Assembly: GCF_048593235.1 (NCBI RefSeq)
Contig: NC_133623.1
Span: forward strand, 40,416,211-40,480,210
Source of the DNA: Sminthopsis crassicaudata
Lineage: Eukaryota
Reading direction: 5' to 3'
DNA length: 64,000 bases
Part shown: piece after piece, positions 18,806-31,270 of the stretch
How positions within the stretch are numbered: position 1 is the first letter of the stretch
Layout: every line of letters starts with the position of its first letter
Made by a program: the position numbers and the translations under genes
The notes under the pieces: model-generated
The model's database searches: none
Seen by the model: only the letters and a program-made list of their open reading frames with translations
What the model was told of the DNA's origin: nothing

Positions 18806-21800
18806 TGAGGTTGTCTATTATTACCATCAATTTTTAGATAAGGAAATTGAGGTCTTAAGAGCTTAATGGCTTAGCCAAGGTTGCACAGCTGGTAAGCATT
18901 AGATCTGGGACTTGAATGCAGGTTTCCTTGGGCCTTTCTTCTATGTCTCTAATCCTCGAAATAATAAGCTGCAATATATGCCTTGGAGAAGGAGAAGCAC
19001 AGAGCTCTAAGAGGCCCACAGCCATTCTGGGACCATATAGTGCCACTTTTTTCTCAGTCTGTGGAATCTAATTAGGCTTTGTGATCTTGGCACATAATTA
19101 AAACAGACTGCATTATGGTAACATTGATATGTCATGGTACCAAGCGCAATTTAAATGAAAATGAGCCAACAGACACTGAAAATAACACGGTCTGACAATC
19201 TTCCCTCCTGGGGCCCCGTGTGCCTGGGAGGTGTGTGCTTTTGAGGGGTCAAAGCGGGTTATTTTGACTTTTGGAAATCATAGAAATTGATCCACTATCA
19301 TGGTAGTTTTTTCCTTGCAGAGATGTCTCTAATGAGACTGTTGTCTTTTGGATATGTGTGTGAGGCCGTTTGAGGACTTGGCCAGGAGTGATGGTGGCTT
19401 GCCCTGAGCTGGCCCCAATCTCCCTTCTTGCCTACAGTAGCCCATAGCCACTGGCCAGCTAAAAGCGCTCAGAGCCGGATGAGATCTCAGAGGCCATCTG
19501 TTTTAGAAACGAGGGCATGAAGGCAACGGATGCTTGAGGCTGGATTGGAACTCAGATCCTGTGGCTTAGACTGGGGACTCTCACCATTGTTTTTGTAGAC
19601 CTCGATTTTCTCATGCTAACTGAGAAGGAAAACTGAGCCCAACTATGTAGGCCCATTAGCCTTATACCACAGCCTCCTGAGCTCACTAGATAATGACGTT
19701 CTGTACTGTGTGCAGAATATCCTTCCATTAGAGAACTTGACTCAATAGGCAAGTGTGACCAATTTCTTCTTTCCTTTTGTCTCCTCAGCAAGCAGATAGC
19801 TCTTCATCAAAGCTGGGACTTCTCACTTGTTAAATGGAAAGGCTTTGTTGATTGAAATTGTAAGGAAATTCATATTTCTTGGGGGGAAAAGCTGTGAAAA
19901 TCTTACCGCCTATCACTTGCCGTAGCCGGCACACACCGAAATGAAACTTGTTAGAAAAAATGACTGAATTCTTAGCCCACTGTTATTAACACAAGAGAAT
20001 TAATGACAAAAGCATTTAAATGATTATTATATACCAGGCACTAAGCAAACTGCTGGGATACCAGTAGAAAATAGCAAGATGGGCGGTGGCCACCAGGTAC
20101 TACAGTGGTCAGAACACCAGCCCTGGAATCAGGAGGCCCTGACTTCAAATGTGCCTTCTCACACTTAACCCTTTGTAGCTTGTGACTCTGGGCAAGTCAC
20201 TTAACCACAGTTAACCTCTCCCAAAAGAAGTAAAATAGCAAGACAGTACTTGCCCTCAGAGAGCTTGTATTCTAATAGGGGGATACAAGCTATGGTTGCA
20301 AAGTGAGCTTTGCTCAGGGAAGCTTCATGGGTGAACCAGAGGGCAATAGCTGTGTCCTTGCCAGCAACAATAGACTTGATTTGCTTTCTATTCCAGGATC
20401 TTGAGGCAGTAGGAGGAAGGGAGGAGTGTGGGCTTGCTAACACTGCATGAAGATGGCACAGTAAGCAGTGTGAGTTGGGCTAATTGTGGGGATCACTCAC
20501 CATTCAGGACAGATCCCAGATGGGGTTGGAGTCGTTTTTTGCTTTTCTGTGGAAAATCCCAGTTACAGCAGTCTGGATTTGGAGAATCAGATGCAGTCGA
20601 GATTGACATATGCATATTTTGGAAAGATTTTTCACTTTGCAAGACGCTTCACATTTTAATATGCACATTTGGAAAATTCGGTTCAAAAGAATCCAGCATT
20701 TATTAAGCACCTCCTGAGTGCCAGGAACTATATTAGATCCTGGAGATACAAAGCGAGGTCAAAATTGGGCCTTTTCCCAAAGAGCTCACAGGCCAAAAGC
20801 ACTTGGCTAAATGAAAAATATGAAGACATCCTGTGGCCCTCAGACTATTTATTGCCTAAGTTTCCTTGTCTGGAAATTCAGCTGAGCTAGCTCAGTACCT
20901 GTGACCTAGTAAGCACTTAATAGATGTTTTACCTATTTAATAGGGATGTGTTAGTTGCCTTGTTTATGCAAAGTGTGTTCTTGAGGGGAGAGATTCAGAA
21001 AGTTTTAGCACCAGACTTTGATTCCTCATTTGTAAAATTCCACTTAATTCTATGGAGTAAAGTTAATTAGGTGCCTGTTCTGTGTAAGGAGCTGAAGATA
21101 CAAAACCAGTTCCTAACCTTAAGGAGTTTATATTTTATTGGGGGGTGCAGAATGGTAAGTCACTCCTCTCTGGTGCTCCCCCATTTTTATGTTCTTTCTC
21201 TTCTTAAATATTGAGGTACATCCCTGATTTTGATTTATCCTCAGTGTGATTGCTTTTGTGAAAAGTTCAGGTGTTTGGACATTGAGGCTTTGAGATCCAT
21301 CCCTGTTTGGGGGCTAACTGCTCTGTGGTTTCAGGAAGCCTGCATTCCTCAAAGGCAGCACTGGACTGGAGTATAAAGATCTCACTTCCATGCGTGGCTC
21401 TGAGCCTTACTAGCTGTGTGACCTTAGGTAAGTCATTTTACTTCTCTTGACCTCAGCTTCCCCACCTCTAAAATAGGGATGAGATTATTTGAATTACCTA
21501 ACTCACTGGTTTGTTGTTGGGAAAGGGCTTTGTAAACCTTAGATTATTTTTAAAATTCCAGCTATAAATATTATATGTTATCATTATTATAATTACCCCC
21601 CCCCACCAAACATAAGGCAAGGAAGTTGTTGTCGGGGAGCCAGGGACAGTGGAATAGCTGATGTGATGCACTTAGTGTGTCTCTACTCCTTCAGCGTCAG
21701 GTGACCTTTCTTTGGTTCCATCAAGTAAGCCTTATTTTACTCCAGCTTGTGGCCATCATTTTGTCTGTCAATTTTGCTCTGTAGGTCCTAAAAAGTGTCT

Positions 21801-23377
21801 TTTCTTAGAATTGCCTAGAAAAAAACCCTGCTAATTTATTTTTACCTGTCATCTCTACTGGTTCGTCATTGAAAAATTGGTAGAGGGATAGGGCCTAGAC
21901 CTGTGCTTGTGCTGATGTTCATAAGTCCTTGGCATCTCAGCATCTTGGAGAATTACCTAGAACACCGACAGGTTAGGTGGTTTCCGGGCTCAGACAAGCC
22001 AGTATGTGTCACAGGTAGAATTTGAATCCAGGCCTTTGCTACTCTAAGACCAGCTCTATCCACTTAGGTCTGTTGACTCCTAATGAAATTGAGGACTTAA
22101 TTTTCAGTCAGTCCTTCTCCAACCCCACATCCATTCCCATACCTGTAAAGCTCAGGAAGCCCGGAATACAGGCTAACCTCAACTGAGGACCAGTCCTCAG
22201 TTTCTCCTTTGGTTTGCCATTAGGATAGTGCTTGAACTGATTCAGTTGTTGGCACTCAGTGCTGATCCCCCAGTGTCTGGAGAAAAGGCTCCTTCCTGAT
22301 ATGGGATTTATCCCTGTTTCAACAGGGCTCCTGGGCCATTGAGTCTTATTCCCATCCTTCCACTTCTCTTTGGCTTTCAAGTTTTTATAGCTTTTCAAAA
22401 CTTACATTAAAGCAAGACTACAGAAGGCACAACAGCCTTTCATTCAGCATGGTCAAAAATACAGTTTTTCTGGAGTGAATATCAGTTCCAAGTGAGGACT
22501 GGCTTTGAAGTTGGACTGGCTTTGTTTTAAACAAAAAGGGATAAGAATATTCATCAGTGTTTAGTGTGGATAGATTTTTTTTTCCTTTAGCATATTCATT
22601 TGCATTGATTTAACTGAGGCCATGTGGTAGAATGGAAAGGAGTTGATTGTATGAGAGGGCTGGGTTCCAATCTTGGCTGGGCTATTTACAACCCAAGGCA
22701 TGCTGGGTAAATCGCTGAAGGATGGGATAAGGCAGTGTAGTTCAATGAAAAACAAAACAAAGCACTGTTCGGGGACTTAACAGAACTGGCTCTATTTCTC
22801 CCTTGTTCCTTCATTCCTGAGTCTCACCTTGCTCATCTGTCCAGTGCAGGTGTTTGATCCTGATGGTATTTAATGGCCCTTCTAGCTCTGAATTTCACAG
22901 GCCTCATTTTTCTTTGAAGAGAGGAATATAAGATGACTTTTGAGGTCTCTTCAAATTTGAAATCCTGTTGATGGGAAAAAAAACAAAACAAAAAACTCTT
23001 GCCATGAACTCAGATGATCTGGCCGGAAATCCTCCTCCTTAGGCCTCTGCTTCCCCTTCTGCCACATTGAGGGGCTTAGCCTGGAAGGCCTCTTGCAGTT
23101 GTAGAGTAGGTAGAACCTCTGATAAACAGAACTATAGTTATGCTTTGTGTTTCCAGAAATTTTAAGTGGCAGGCCCCGCATGATGAAGCCCCTTTCCTGT
23201 TCCCTTTTTTGGCTCCTTGGCTCATGGCTCACTTTCTCCTTGAGATGGCCATAGGCTCTGTGGTAGAACTCTTCACAGGCGGAGTGTCAGCTCCTTGAGG
23301 CCAGAGCCTTTGTATATAGTCTGTGTTCTTCGCCTTAGTACTTGGGGATCTTTGCATTGAATCAATTCTCCAATTTA

Positions 23378-23591
23378 GAGGCTCCAAGTTTTTGTGGAGT
23401 CATGGACCCCCTAGTCCATCAAGTGAGTCTATGAGCCACTTCTCAGCAAAATATTTTCAAACACACAAAAGGAAACAACACATGAACTAAAACAACAAGA
23501 AAAGAATTATATTGAAATAACAGTTATCATAAACTTAAAAAAAACAAAGAAAAAACAAATATCTTAGTAGTCCCTGCATTAAAAACCTCTG
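23378..23591 (+). mobile_element. hAT-Charlie-type non-autonomous DNA transposon (MITE)
   Basis: gtcatggacccc...tatgagccacttctcag...aattatattgaaataacagttatc...ttaaaaacctctg. The same family appears in the opposite orientation at about 31093-31270. Confidence 0.65.
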
Positions 23592-25539
23592 TGATCGTGG
23601 AGGATGGGGTAACTTAGGATGAACTAGGGGACATTGGGGCCTCAGAAGAGACTTATTTGTCATTTCCCCATCTTTGCCCTTGGTTAAAGCTTTTTGATGG
23701 AGTAAAAACGTGTAAGCGAGTAATTGATTGTCTAACCGGCCATCCTGTCTCCTTGTCATGGGGCCAGGCTTGGATGTGGACAGCTCAGTGGTGCGTTATG
23801 GAAACATGGATGCTTCAGTTAGATTGTAAGTGACAGCGCATTTTAGAAGGTCTACAGAAGCTTACATAAGAACAAATATTTTCCCGATACAATCAGATCT
23901 CCCCCCTGCAGAAGAACTGGAGTGGAAGTCACGGGGGCTCTGTGTAATGTGTGCTAAATCTGTAATAGCCTTGGGCACACCACAAATCCCATTGGCTAAT
24001 CTCAGATGACAAGCCAAAAAGAGAGGAGCTAAAGAAATGTGGCACTTGTGCCTCCAGTATTCTAGTCAGAAACTCCCTCGGCTGCCTCCTTATTCCTAGG
24101 ATGCTGCCCTGCTCTGGGAATGGGGACACAGGGCCATTGTTTATTGGGGCAAGTTGGGGTCTGGATGAATCAGGAAGATGTGAGTTTGAATGTTATCTCA
24201 AATAGTTACCAGCCATGTGATAATAGGCAAGTTGCCTCCCTTATCTGAGCCCCATTTTCTTCATCTGTAAAACGAGACCAGCAATTGCATTTGGGGATCA
24301 AATGAAAAATATGTATAATGTACTTAGCTAATTAGGAAAATATTGAAATGGTAACTAATTTTCTCTATTAAGAACTGACTGTGTGCACAAAGGGGTTACT
24401 AGCTGGCAAAAAACTGCCATTCCACTTAAGTAAGGGGAAAGGGAACGGCTATAATTCTCATGGACTCGCTAAGACTCTAGAAGATGCTACATTTCTTGGT
24501 TTAATATACTCTGGGGGGGTCTATTTCCATTTCATTGCAGTAGAAATGGAAATCCCAATGGCCATGCAACTACTAACCAGTTGAGTAAAAGAGCTGGCAC
24601 AGGAGCAGCTGCCGGTAACATGGAAACCAACGTCCATTTACCCAAGAACTGCTGTAATATTCAGCACCAGCAGCAGCCTGGATATCCCATCACAAAATAG
24701 CCAGGAGCTATTAGACCTTAGTTCCACAGAAGGTATGGCTCGGAGCAGAGCAATTGCTAGGACTGTGCCTCAGTTGTTCGAAATCTCCCTGGATTAATTT
24801 GGGGAGGATGAGGAGGAGAGGTCATGGAACAGCAGTTCAGAGCTATTACTAGGAAGGCTATCACATGCTGGGGAGGGGCAAGGTGGTAAGTGGAGAAATA
24901 GCAGAGAAGGGTAAGAAGAGCTCACTCCATCCTGACATCCAGTAGCTTCTTATTAGAATGAAATATTCTTGCTAAATTGGTATTAAACTTTTGAGCTACC
25001 ACATTGCCCTTTCACCTTTCCTAGTTAAACCTAAAACTTACAACTTTAGGCACTGTAAGCAGCCACTAGATTTAGCATGTGCTATCAAAGCCTGGTTATG
25101 GCTCTAACTCGAGAGTTGATATTCAGGATCAATATTGATATCATGGAACCGCAAGCTCTTAGTCGCTTGTGAGCTCCTTGAGGGGAACAGACCATCTTGC
25201 ACCCCCTTTTGCAACTCCATCACTTAGCATAGTGCCCACCTCAAAGGAGGTACTTAATGTTTGTTGATTGAAGTCTTCCCACCCTCCAAGTACAGAGGAA
25301 GTAGAAGGCCTGGAAGAACAAATGAATGAGGAAAGCACATTTGAAATATGTTAAGTGCTTTCCTCACAATCAGCCTGAGAATCAGATGATGCTAGTGGGT
25401 CCATTTACCAATGAGCAAACTGAGGCACAGAGAAAGGAAATGCTGTACTAAGGGTCAGATAGCTAGATAATAGCAGAACTGAGATTCTTCCTCAGTGTAG
25501 GCCCTTTCAGTCACTACTGGCAGCTCCACTCCATGACTG

Positions 25540-26165
25540 ATTTATGAACCACCTTGTATGTGCCAGGCAGGCACTGTGCTAAGGGTGAGGATACAAAGAG
25601 GAGAAAGACAGTCCTCAATTCTAACATACTCAGAATCTAATGAGGGAGACGACACTCAGACATCTGGGTACCGACAGGATATATGCAAGCAGAGCTGGAG
25701 ACAGCCAAGCTGGCATTGAGGGAGAATGGCAGAGGCTTCCTAGAGAAAGGGGGTTTGAGCTGGGACTTGAGGGAAGCCAGGAGTTAGAAATGAGGAAGGA
25801 GGGTGTTCTCCACACCGGGGACAACTGGGGAAAATTCTTAGAGGCTGGAGCTGGACTGTCTTGTGTGAGGAATAGCAAAGGAGGCTAGTGTTACTGGATC
25901 CGTGTGTGGGTACGGGCACGTGCCCATGCAGGAGAATGGATTGTTGAGGTATATGAATGCTGGTGAGGCAGGGTGTGGGGCAAGTTACATTTGATCTGTG
26001 TGATGCTAAGGAGCCAGAAGGTGATGGAACTCGGCTTTAGGAAAATCACTTTTCTGGTTTAATGGAAGATGGGCTGGAGTGGGGAGAGGCTTGAGGCAGA
26101 CAGATCTCCCAGCGGCTACTGCAGTAGTCTAGTCATGAAGTGATGAGGGCCCGCCCCAGGGGTGC
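25540..26165 (-). mobile_element. L2 LINE fragment (about 600 bp)
   Basis: gtgccaggc...gcactgtgctaag...gggtttgagctgggacttgagggaagccagg...gctttaggaaaatcacttt...gaagtgatgagggcc matches antisense L2 as recalled. Confidence 0.75.
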
Positions 26166-26904
26166 AAATGTCAGAGAAGGCAAGGAGACGTGTTTGAGAG
26201 CCGCCTCTCCTTTTAGGAAGTCCCAGTGAGCTCTCATATGAGAAAATTGCCTTGACAAGGTTTAGACACCTTAGGAAGATCTGCTCTCATTCTTCACCTC
26301 TAATATTAGCTTCTTTGGATGTACTTTTTAAAATAGACCCAGTTCTTGCTCTGGGGGCAAAGGAGGATGTAATCGCCAAACAACGCTTCATAGTCCTTAG
26401 AAAAGTGAGCTCACATTGGGGAATATGTTGAGTCAGAGACGGCTTTTGGCGGGATGGTAGACGTCTGGATTTCACCACATCCACCTGTCTGGAAGATGCA
26501 ACTAGTGAGCCGTGGCCGTTACCAGAAATGGGGAGTGCATTAGGCCATCCGTGGCCAAGAGTTTTCCTCACACAGAGACTCAAAGTTCTCTTTACCTTTG
26601 ACGTGTTTTTCTCATTTACCAAAATAGGTCAGATGGCTGTGAGGAACGTGTTATTTAATCCCCGTCACAGGGCTATACATTGGCTGAAAGGAGAAATGTG
26701 TTTCCTGTCTGGTGGCACTTGAGAGAATGCTGGTTTTATCATGTTTCTGAAGGTTATTAGTAATGGAAGATATATTCTATAAGTTTATGCGATGGTTGAA
26801 ACAGTTTACTAAATGTCCCTTACCCCCAATTCCCAAGCCTTTCTATTTTAAAGAAAAAAAAAAACATGGCTGAAAAGTCATACATCTCAACCTTCTTGTT
26901 TCAA

Positions 26905-26908
<4 letters not shown>

Positions 26909-26988
<80 letters not shown>
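26909..26988. repeat. Compound microsatellite (CT)24(GT)16
   Basis: Read directly from the sequence. Confidence 0.97.
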
Positions 26989-26990
<2 letters not shown>

Positions 26991-27629
26991 TACAGTGCTT
27001 TGCTTCATGACATGAGGAAAATCATTTCTTTGTGGGCCTATAGTTTTCTTCTGGGTAAAATCAAATGGATTTTTTGCATTTTTTCCTTTTTTAAACATAA
27101 AACTGGAAGAGATTTCAGATACAATCTAGACTAATTCCTCCCTTAATTATGAGTCCAACACACAACATGGCTGAAAGATGGTTGTCCAGTTTCTATTTGA
27201 AGATATCCAGCAAGAGGCCACACGCAAAGTCCGTGGCGGGGGCAAGATTGGATCCCAAATAGAACAATGACCCACTCCATGCTTTTTCATATTATATAGC
27301 AAGATTGCCTCTCATTGTAAAGAAGAGCATATTAAATTTCAGAATATGATGATTAAAGAATCAGAGATGGAAGCAAATAAGCATTATTCATAGTACTCTC
27401 TCCCTAGACAATCAACTGTTAGGACAGAATTACACACAAGACTTAACCAAAGTCTGTTAAATTTTAATTTCTTTAAAATAACTTCTTAGCAAAAAAAAAA
27501 AAACTGTCCCCATTTTGTTCCTCTTGGGTCTCTATCTGAGTCTTTCCCCCTTCTTTTCTCATCACTCAGTGGGGCTGTGTTCTCTGGCCAATCAGAATGT
27601 GTTTAGAAGAGAATGGGAAAGAGAATAGT

Positions 27630-27860
27630 AGCACTTACTATGTGGCAGGCACTATGAGTGACTTAGGTATATGCTCTCAATTGATCCTCACAGTAGCCCT
27701 GGGGGATAGGTCCTATTATTATCTTCATTTTATGATGGGGAAAGTGAGGCAAAGAGACATTTAGTTGACTTGCCAAGGAGTACACAGCTAGGAAATGTCT
27801 GAGGCTGGATTTGAATTCAGGCCTTCCTGACTCCTGGCCCAGTGCTCTGGTATACTAGCC
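27630..27860 (-). mobile_element. MIR/Mar-type SINE; one representative of dozens of MIR copies across the window
   Basis: tcttcattttatgatggggaaagtgaggcaaagagac...gacttgccaaggagtacacagctagg...ggatttgaattcagg. Similar copies occur at about 18810-18960, 21350-21560, 24170-24340, 28650-28840, 36033-36305, 41000-41240, 43190-43580 and 56790-57020. Confidence 0.8.
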
Positions 27861-29089
27861 TTCCAATCCTCATGGTCCTTTTTGGGGAAAGTGTAAACTT
27901 CTGTTTACCTGTTGTTTATGACAAAGTACTGAGGACTTTAGTAGCAACTCCACCGTTAGAAATGAGATAGAAGGAACATTCTTTGAGCCTGTGTGGAGCT
28001 GCTGATAGAAAGAATAATGGATTTGGAACCCAAGGGCTTGGATTGAAATCCTGCCTTGACCACTTCGTCCTTTTGTGCCTGTGGATGAGACCTTTGACCT
28101 CTCGGGGCCTTAGGAGTAGTATTTTAGTTGAACTCTGGCCCTTTGGACTCTGCAGCAGTGAGGCTCTGAATTTACTCATTTCTGTCCTTTCTAATCCATT
28201 GTACTTTGCTGACTATCTGCCCACCATCTCTAATTGGTCCTTCAGGACTTACTTTGTCAATTTATCCTATAACAAGTGGAAGGAATGGAAGAACCAGGAA
28301 GATGAATGAAAAAATATTTATTAAATGCTATTATGGACCAAGCCCTAGGGATGCAGATTAAAAATAAAAATAAAACAAGACATTTTCTGCTTTCAGGGAG
28401 TTTACACTCTAATTGGAGACTACATTCATGGCAATGGGGAGGGATTAGCCCTTCTACTGTCTCCTGGGCAATGACACATACTCCCTCCCGTCTTCCCTCT
28501 CCCCTCCCTCCCAGGTTATTTCTGGGCCCGGAACAATGTATTCAGGGCAACCACACCACCGTAGGGCAAAATGTGATTTCCCAGAGTCCTTCATGTCCTC
28601 AGCTCTTTAGTAGATCCTGCTCAAGATAGAGGTGACTGGGCAGTACAGTGGACTAAGAAGCCAGAAGACCTGAGTTGAAATCCTAACACTTATTAGTTGT
28701 ATGAGCCTGGGCAAGTTGCTTAACTTTTGTGTCCCTCACTTTCTTCATCTGTAATACAGGGATAATAATAATATTTTCCAGGATTGTCATGAGGATTAAA
28801 TGAGGTAACATAAAATACTTGGCAGACCTTAAAGCGCCATGTACGTGCCGGTGCTGGCTGTTTATGTAAACGAGAGATCAAACACCACCGCCCCTACAGT
28901 CAGAAAGCTTGGAGTCTTGATGGGGACTATTCCTTCCCAGATGTGTGGCTTTGGACAAGTCACTCACTTTGCTTTTGTCAACCCTGTTTCCTCCTATGTA
29001 CATAATACTGACACCAATTATTTAACAAGGGAAGACTTTGTGAAGACTTAGTGAGGAGATGGATATAAAATAATTTATAAACAGCATTA

Positions 29090-29215
29090 GGGACAGCTAG
29101 GTGGCTCTGTGGATAAAGCACCACTGCTGAAGTTAGGAGGACCCAGGACACTTAACACTTCCTAGCTGTGTGACCCTGGGCAAGTCTCTTAACCCCAATT
29201 GCCTCAGGAAAAAAA
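29090..29215 (+). mobile_element. WSINE1-like SINE with an internal deletion
   Basis: gggacagctaggtggc...gacacttaacacttcctagctgtgtgaccctgggcaagtctcttaaccccaattgcctca followed by an A tail. Confidence 0.8.
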
Positions 29216-30747
29216 TATCAATTTATCTCTAGAAATAGTTAAAATATTTTTTCTCATGTTTTAAGTTTTTAGTGAACAGGAAAGATCTAAAGGGGAAAAC
29301 ACAATTCCAAGTGGGGTATTTTCTAGCTAGCTGCTTACATGGAGCCCAAGATCCCTCGGTTTCCCTCTCTTATGTGGCTTCACTTTGTGTTGGCCCATAC
29401 TAGAGAAGGAACATGTGCAGCTTTGTTCATTTTCTCGTTTCCCCTTGATAATCCCTCTGAGCTCCTCAGCTTGATGAGTTGGCCCCAGCCTCTGAGAAGG
29501 CTCTCTATCCATTGGGCCTTTTGGAAATGGCAGTGTAGTGGCCAGGGGATGTTTGTTTCCATGCCGGCTGCCTCTGCTCCTGTCCCTCGCTCCCATTGTT
29601 CCCATGCTGAGCTTTAATACCATTTGGCTTGCAGCAAGGCACCGAGATATGTGTTTCCAACGAGAAGACTCTTACACTCATTCAGCCTTACAATTGCTTT
29701 TGATCAAGAAATACATCCTAGTTTGTAATAAACATGGTTTTAAATATTTAAAATGGTGCAGCTGCTGTACTTCTAAAATCAGTATTTAGAAAAGCAGTTT
29801 TTGGAGTTGGGGGTAGGGAACTGAGGAAGGAGGAATTGTTCCTAGAACCACTCAGGTGGGAGGCCCCTTAGAGAACCCGGGAGGCCTTCTAGAATTCCTA
29901 GACTGAAAGCCCAGTGAGGGGAGGGCCCAGGTCACCCAAAGTCTGCATTTACCAAGCACATGTCCCCATACGCGATGGGTGGTGAGTGTACATTTTATGG
30001 AATGACTCTTGAATGATGGAGTCCAACTGTGATCTTTAATGATTTACCTAAGGTCTTCCATGCATGGCTAATTGATGGCAGCTTCCAATCCAGTGGCCCT
30101 TGGGTTACAGAAAATTGACGCTAAAGGTTTTATATAGCATTTTTTAAAAAGCAACTTGGGAAATGATGGGAAGTCTCTAGGTCTTGATGGAGAGATCCAT
30201 TGAGGATCCTTAGATGTGTTCTCTGAATATTGAACTCTTTCCAGCAAATCAATTTTAAGAATTTTATTTAAATAGAGCAAATCGTAGAATTTGGAGCCTA
30301 CAAAGGGACTTTTTAGCTCTTTTTTTCCCAACTGATTCAAAACAAGAGGAAAAAGAGGCCCTAACAGGAGAAGTTACTTGTCCAAGGTCACACAGAGAAC
30401 AAAAGGTAGAATGAAGACTTGGACTAACATCAGACTTGTTATCCTTTGAATTATATATTATACTGTCTGTTTTTTTTCCTAAAATTTATAAATCTAGACC
30501 CGTCATTTATCCATTTAAAAGTGTTCAGTGACTCCTGTTCCCCACTGAGAAAAACTCTGAGTTCAAGACAGATATTGAAGGCCCTCCATAGTTGAGTGCC
30601 ATCCTCTTCCCAGCCTTATCTCATGTTACATTCACGTCATTCCACACTGGACTTTTGCCCCCTTCCACCCATGTTCTCCTGTGTCCTTTGTCTATGCTTG
30701 TGCTCCTGCTGGGTCTCGTGTCTAGAATGTCCTGATGTCCTTTTGAA

Positions 30748-30933
30748 CCGAAGTGTCAAACAGGTGATCTGAGGCCTGAGCTTAATTAAAATGTAATTGG
30801 AAAACAATTATAAAATAAATTAAAATAGAGTAAAATGTAGATAGTACATTTTGAACCTAAATCAGTGTGTATCTAGTAGGGGTCCTTATGTACATATCAG
30901 TGGTTCTGATTCTATTTGATTTTGACATCAGTG
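30748..30933 (+). mobile_element. hAT-type MITE (186 bp) nested in an L2 fragment
   Basis: Imperfect 14-bp TIRs ccgaagtgtcaaac / ttttgacatcagtg, with a perfect 8-bp TSD cttttgaa at 30740-30747 and 30934-30941. Confidence 0.85.
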
Positions 30934-31092
30934 CTTTTGAACTACTGAATTCCTTTCATTTTCACTCTAATTCATCTATTGAATCCCATCCCAAGATATA
31001 GCTTCTTTAGGAGCCTTATTCTTGTTAATGGCCTCCCCTACTCTTAGGCCTCAGATAATAACACTAGCTGATGTGTACATAGCTTTAAAGTT

Positions 31093-31270
31093 GGGGTTCT
31101 TAACTTAGGGTCTAGGAACATTTCTTTTAAAAAAATCCTTTGATGATTTTATTTCACTCTGATTGGCTTCCTTTGTAATTTTATATTTTTTTCTACCATT
31201 TTAAAATATGATTCTGAGAAAGGGTACGTAGGCTTCTCCAGACTGCCAAAGGGATCCAGTAAATAAAGAA
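31093..31270 (-). mobile_element. hAT-Charlie-type MITE (same family as 23378-23591)
   Basis: ggggttcttaacttagggtc...tgattggcttcctttgtaatttt...attctgagaagggtacgtaggcttctccagactgccaaagggatcca. Confidence 0.65.

Noticed and set aside
21695-21724. 30-nt frame-preserving micro-exon candidate (ccttcag|...|gtaagc)
   Set aside because: No host gene identified, peptide RQVTFLWFHQ not recognised, and a chance occurrence is plausible.
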